NCBI GenBank assembly: GCA_964569025.1
Contig: CAZMSQ010000007.1
Span: 32,940 to 96,939, forward strand
Length of the DNA: 64,000 nucleotides
Reading direction: 5' to 3'
Source: an uncultured Saprospiraceae bacterium
Lineage (GTDB): Bacteria > Bacteroidota > Bacteroidia > Chitinophagales > Saprospiraceae
Shown: one piece after another, positions 59,857 to 64,000 of the stretch
How positions within the stretch are numbered: the stretch's first letter is position 1
Layout of the letters: each line of letters opens with the position of its first letter
The notes under the pieces: generated by a model
What the model was told of the DNA's origin: nothing
Database searches by the model: none
What the model saw: the letters and a program-made list of their open reading frames with translations, nothing else
Translations under genes and position numbers: made by a program

Positions 59857-61455
59857 TCAGATAATTGTATGTTGAATAATAGGCAGTTTCTCCGGGTAAT
59901 CTGTGGTAAAGTGCAACCCCCTGCTTTCGCGTCTCATGGCGGCAGATCTTGTAATCAGATACCCCATCGTGATGAGGTTGCGAAGTTCGCAGAGTTGTGG
60001 AGAGAGAATGGAATTCTGGTACAAAGCTTCTGTTTCGCGGTGCAGGAGGTACAGCCTGTCGAGGGCTCTTTTGAGACGTACATCTGAGCGGACTATTCCG
60101 ACATAGCTGCTCATTATTTCCCGAACTTCTTTCAAGCTTTGAGTAATAAGAACCATTTCTTGCGGGTGGGTCGTTCCTTCGGCATGCCAGTCGGGCAATC
60201 CGGATTGCCATGTCAGGGTATCGATGGTTGGAAGCAGATGAGCCTGACTGCGATGAGCAAACACCAGAGCCTCCAGCAGTGAGTTGGAAGCCAGTCTGTT
60301 GGCGCCGTGAAGTCCGGTGCTTGTGCATTCGCCACAAGCGTAGAGTTGACTGATATTTGTCTGCCCCCACTCGTTTGTACTGATGCCCCCACACAAGTAG
60401 TGGCAGGCTGGAACCACTGGAATCATATCAGTGGCAGGGTTAATGCCTTCCTCAAGGCATTTCTCAAGGATGGTCGGAAAATGGGCTTTGAATCCATCTG
60501 GGTCGATGTGGCGGCAATCCAGAAACACATGATCAGCGCCTGCCTTTTTCATTTCACTGTCTATGGCTCGCGCAACAATATCCCGAGGAGCGAGAGACCC
60601 CCGGCGGTCGTAGGCATACATAAATGCTTCGCCCTCTCTGGTTTTCAATTCCCCCCCAAATCCACGGACAGCCTCAGAAATCAGAAAAGACGGGGAAGCT
60701 CCCGAATGCAGGTACAGGGCCGTGGGATGAAACTGAACGAATTCCATGTCTTCGATATGGCCTTTGGCCCTGTAAAACATGGCGATACCATCACCGGTGG
60801 CAATGGTGGGATTGGTGGTATTGCGGTAGACCTGGCCCCCGCCACCTGTTGCAATGATGGTAGTGCGTGCCAGAATGGTTTCGATATGACCGGTTTCCTT
60901 GTTCAGGGCGTAAGCGCCGAAGCAGGTGATGTCGGGGGTGAGCCGGGTCACGGTATACCCGAGGTGATGCTGTGTGAGCAAATCAATGGCAAAAAACTCT
61001 TCGCGGATTTCGATGGAAGGGTGACGGGCGGCCTCTGCGAGCAGGGTGCGTTGTATTTCCCATCCAGTCAAATCTTTATAGTGCAGGATTCTGTTGGCAG
61101 AGTGCCCCCCTTCCCGCCCGAGGTCATACTCATTAGTTGATGCCCGGTCAAAACGCGCACCCCATTCTATGATCTCCCGCACTCGCTCCGGGCCTTCATT
61201 GACAACCAACTGTACAATCTCCTCCCGGCACAATCCGTCGCCAGCATCAAGCGTATCTGAAATGTGGTCTTCGTAAGAATCTTTTTCGAGATTCCACACT
61301 GCGGCAACACCCCCCTGGGCATAGCGCGTATTGCTTTCATCCCTGCTGGTCTTGGTCAGTACGAGAATGCGCAGATCCGGCCGCAGACGAGCTACCTTAA
61401 TCGAGAATGACAGTCCGGCAATACCGGCTCCGATGACGAGGATGTCTGTTTTCAT
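59857..61455 (-). CDS. nadB: L-aspartate oxidase
   Basis: FAD-binding GxGxxG (ILVIGAGIAGLS). Succinate dehydrogenase/fumarate reductase flavoprotein-like fold. Start placed at ATG 61455. Confidence 0.9.
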   Translation of the reverse strand: MKTDILVIGAGIAGLSFSIKVARLRPDLRILVLTKTSRDESNTRYAQGGVAAVWNLEKDSYEDHISDTLDAGDGLCREEIVQLVVNEGPERVREIIEWGARFDRASTNEYDLGREGGHSANRILHYKDLTGWEIQRTLLAEAARHPSIEIREEFFAIDLLTQHHLGYTVTRLTPDITCFGAYALNKETGHIETILARTTIIATGGGGQVYRNTTNPTIATGDGIAMFYRAKGHIEDMEFVQFHPTALYLHSGASPSFLISEAVRGFGGELKTREGEAFMYAYDRRGSLAPRDIVARAIDSEMKKAGADHVFLDCRHIDPDGFKAHFPTILEKCLEEGINPATDMIPVVPACHYLCGGISTNEWGQTNISQLYACGECTSTGLHGANRLASNSLLEALVFAHRSQAHLLPTIDTLTWQSGLPDWHAEGTTHPQEMVLITQSLKEVREIMSSYVGIVRSDVRLKRALDRLYLLHRETEALYQNSILSPQLCELRNLITMGYLITRSAAMRRESRGLHFTTDYPEKLPIIQHTII

Positions 61456-61609
61456 CCGGACAGCGTGCGATTTTTGTTGATTGCACAGGGCTGTAAGGTA
61501 TGCATTTCGACGCTTTTTCATGAGATTGAGGGGTCCGGAAGGATGGTTTGCAGGATTTTCCGCATCTTGTCAGGTGGTGACTGTATATGCCCGGAAGAAA
61601 GAGAATAGT

Positions 61610-62734
61610 ATGCGGATTGGTGTCAATGCCAGGTTGTTGATTGATGGCCGTATGGAGGGGGTTGGCTGGTATGCTCATGAGGTAATCAGTCGGTTGGTTG
61701 CAATGTTTCCTGATATCGAGTTTGTCTTATTTTTTGACCGACAGCCGGACCCGCGCTTTGTGTATGCCTCCAATGTAAGAGCAGTGGTGTTGAGCCCTCA
61801 GGCCAGACATCCGCTCTTGTATCTGGCGTGGTTTGAGGGCGCGCTGCCAGCGGCGATGCGGGCTCATGAGGTAGACCTGTTTTTTTCGCCAGAGCCATTT
61901 ATGAGCCTCCGGTCTGATGTGCCGGCAGTCATCACGGTACATGATATTGCCTACGTTCATTTTCCGCAATACATATCAGCACTGACCGGTTTGTTTTACC
62001 GGGTGTTTTTTCACAGGTATATGCGGAAGGCGCGTCAGATTGTCTCGGTATCTGGTTATACTACGGAAGATGTGGTGGAGCATTACAGCATCAGTCGGGA
62101 TAAATTTGTGCAAGCTGGCAATGGATGTCGGAGTAGCTTTGCGCCACTCGGAGAGTCTGAACGACAGGCTCTCCGGGATAGGTGGGCTGAGGGGAATCCC
62201 TATTTTTGCTATCTGGGATCTATTCATCCAAGGAAAAATACCCTTCACCTCATCAAGGCTTTTGAAAAGATGAAAGTTGACACGGGGTGTCCGCACCATT
62301 TAATTCTTGCTGGTCGGTGGGGATGGAAGCAAAAGGCGGTGGCTCGGGCTCTTCGGCAAAGTCCGTTTCGCGATGCGATTACCCTAACCGGGTACCTGCC
62401 CGAACCCGAACCGGCTCGCATTCTCGCTGCGAGTGATGGGTTGGTGTACCCCTCTCTTTTTGAGGGGTTCGGCCTGCCAGTCTTGGAGGCCATGCATGCA
62501 GAGGTGCCCATATTGACGAGCAGTGTGTCTTCCATGACCGAGGTGGCCGGAGAGGCAGCTTTATTGGTCGATCCACATTCGGTTGATTCTATTGCAGCCG
62601 GAATGAAACAGTTGGTGACTGACCCGGAATTGCGACACAGGCTTGTTGCGGCCGGATGCCGGGAGCGCAAGCGCTACAGCTGGGATTTGACGGCCAAAGT
62701 GACGGCCCGGGCTCTGGGACTTATCCCTCAGTGA
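61610..62734 (+). CDS. Glycosyltransferase family 4 (GT-B fold)
   Basis: C-terminal GT1/GT4 motif …VYPSLFEGFGLPVLEAMHAEVPILTS…. Start placed at ATG 61610 (MRIGVNARLL). Confidence 0.85.
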   Translation: MRIGVNARLLIDGRMEGVGWYAHEVISRLVAMFPDIEFVLFFDRQPDPRFVYASNVRAVVLSPQARHPLLYLAWFEGALPAAMRAHEVDLFFSPEPFMSLRSDVPAVITVHDIAYVHFPQYISALTGLFYRVFFHRYMRKARQIVSVSGYTTEDVVEHYSISRDKFVQAGNGCRSSFAPLGESERQALRDRWAEGNPYFCYLGSIHPRKNTLHLIKAFEKMKVDTGCPHHLILAGRWGWKQKAVARALRQSPFRDAITLTGYLPEPEPARILAASDGLVYPSLFEGFGLPVLEAMHAEVPILTSSVSSMTEVAGEAALLVDPHSVDSIAAGMKQLVTDPELRHRLVAAGCRERKRYSWDLTAKVTARALGLIPQ

Positions 62735-63551
62735 TGAGATTGTGAATTACAACCCTCAGTCGAGGTTCTGCGTGTTCTACAGCCCGAATGACATCTTCAA
62801 GGGTTGTTTCGCCCAGCTGGTCGATCGGATAGCATTGATTTGAGACGATAGAGGCGACGAACACCGGGATTTCCATGTGGCGTGCTACCAAAACCTCTGG
62901 AACGGTCGACATGCCGACAAGGTCGGCTCCGATGGTATGCAGGTAGTGATACTCTGCCGGGGTTTCGAGGTTTGGTCCGGGAAGTGCAGCGTAAACCCCT
63001 TCGTGAGCCCTGTATCCAAGGTCGTGAGCCATTCGCAAGGCACGTGCTACCATTTTTTTGTCATAGGTATGGAGCAAATCCGGAAATCTTGGCCCGAACC
63101 GCTCATCGTTTGGTCCGCGCAAGGGGTTGTCGGGCATCAGATTGATGTGGTCGGTCAGGAAAACCAAGTCTCCTACATGCATGCGCTCATTGACGCTGCC
63201 TGCGGCATTCGACAAGAACAGACGTTTAACTCCCAGCGCTTTCATAACCCTGATGGGGAATGTCACCTGCTGCATGGTATAGCCCTCGTAGTAGTGAAAC
63301 CTTCCTGCCATTGCGACGACCTTGCGATCTCCAATCTGTCCGATGAGCAGCTCACCGGCGTGGCTCTTTACGGTCGAAACCGGAAAGTGAGGGATGTCTC
63401 TGTATGGGATTACTGCCTCTACATCGATGTCTTCACGGAGGTTACCCATGCCCGTACCGAGCACAATCCCAATTTCTGCCCCTCTTCCCGAAGCTTTCGT
63501 AATGAATGCAGCAGCCTCCTGCGTGTGGTCGTATAGCATTTTTTCCACCAA
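62721..63551 (-). CDS. Purine nucleoside phosphorylase (PNP/MTAP family I)
   Basis: …GIVLGTGMG…, …GRFHYYEGY…, …LSNAAGS…, and the C-terminal …GMSTVPEV… motif. Confidence 0.9.
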   Translation of the reverse strand: MVEKMLYDHTQEAAAFITKASGRGAEIGIVLGTGMGNLREDIDVEAVIPYRDIPHFPVSTVKSHAGELLIGQIGDRKVVAMAGRFHYYEGYTMQQVTFPIRVMKALGVKRLFLSNAAGSVNERMHVGDLVFLTDHINLMPDNPLRGPNDERFGPRFPDLLHTYDKKMVARALRMAHDLGYRAHEGVYAALPGPNLETPAEYHYLHTIGADLVGMSTVPEVLVARHMEIPVFVASIVSNQCYPIDQLGETTLEDVIRAVEHAEPRLRVVIHNLITEG

Positions 63552-63629
63552 AAATAGCCGTTCTGTAGAAAACTCTTTACCTTCAGACGGCGTTCAGATT
63601 TTATTTACCCAAAAAGACATTCATCAACT

Positions 63630-64000
63630 ATGAGCAGGCTCAAACGGTTTACCGAATCTACGAATCCATTTATGACTGAAAAAGCCTACGAAAAGGCTCG
63701 TCAGGAGGTCACCCTCAGTGAGGGTGCAATGCCACGGACTATGACCGTGCAGGGCGCCATCAATAAATCATTCATTCTTTTTGGCATTTTATTCATTGGC
63801 GCAGCCGCAGGGTTTGCCTACCCAAATCCGTTATTTCTAATTGGAGGGGCCATTGGTGGGCTCATTGTCGTTCTCCTTACTGTATTTAAGGTGCACCTGT
63901 CACCCATTACGGCGCCGATCTATGCAGCCCTTGAAGGATTATTTATTGGTTCTGCCTCTGCAGTTTTTGCCTCTGCATACGACGGCATCATTTTTCAGGC
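63630..64000 (+). CDS. Bax inhibitor-1/YccA family membrane protein (5' part; continues beyond the window)
   Basis: N-terminal cytoplasmic segment followed by transmembrane helices typical of the BI-1/YccA family. ORF is open to the window end. Confidence 0.65.
   Translation, partial: MSRLKRFTESTNPFMTEKAYEKARQEVTLSEGAMPRTMTVQGAINKSFILFGILFIGAAAGFAYPNPLFLIGGAIGGLIVVLLTVFKVHLSPITAPIYAALEGLFIGSASAVFASAYDGIIFQ

Noticed and set aside
60307-61140. 277-aa plus-strand ORF antisense to nadB. Also 62877..63536 (219 aa) antisense to the PNP gene.
   Set aside because: Shadow ORFs opposite well-supported genes. No recognisable domains.
1-64000. Mobile elements, CRISPR arrays, tRNA/rRNA/tmRNA genes, integrase or transposase genes, and defence-island hallmarks.
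   Set aside because: None found. There are no repeat-spacer periodicities. I saw no tRNA-like GTTCGAATC T-arm contexts in the intergenic regions I could inspect. No recombinase or transposase-like ORFs. Gene content is mostly core housekeeping.

Overview
This 64-kb window looks like chromosomal DNA from a Bacteroidota-type genome, densely coded with housekeeping genes and carrying one unusual locus. Lineage evidence: a protein with a T9SS C-terminal sorting domain, DUF4783, a Bacteroidetes-style AsnRS C-terminus, a eukaryote/archaeal-type ProRS, and about 50% GC. Housekeeping genes include recA, uvrA, radA, carB, obg, adk, prs, rpsF-rpsR-rplI, asnS, proS, nadB, glpX, iscS/iscA and hmgA/hppD. 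I found no transposase, integrase, CRISPR array, tRNA or rRNA.

The standout region is 186..13526, a same-strand block:
- A MoaD-like sulfur carrier and a BNR/Asp-box repeat protein.
- A complete form I aerobic carbon-monoxide dehydrogenase cluster, coxM-coxS-coxL (with the AYRCSFR active-site signature), followed by coxG-coxD-coxE-coxF and a mocA-like gene.
- CoxF is an XdhC family protein with a C-terminal YHS/TRASH metal-binding domain fused to it.
- A TetR regulator whose stop overlaps the start of a [NiFe]-hydrogenase large-subunit homologue. That homologue has lost three of the four Ni/Fe-ligating cysteines (L1 CxxC becomes FGYS; L2 DPCxxC becomes DASVSC).
- Apparently intact hypC and hypD follow, but no hydrogenase small subunit and no hypABEF in the window.

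I consider this cox / hydrogenase-like / hypCD arrangement the most likely undescribed system here.

Other observations: a low-complexity Trp/Asn/Gly-rich plus Arg/Ser-rich secreted protein; two paralogous all-alpha hypothetical proteins, each divergent from secreted-protein genes; a G9 homopolymer inside a peptidase CDS; a C11 tract and hairpin after recA; and several intrinsic-terminator-like hairpins.
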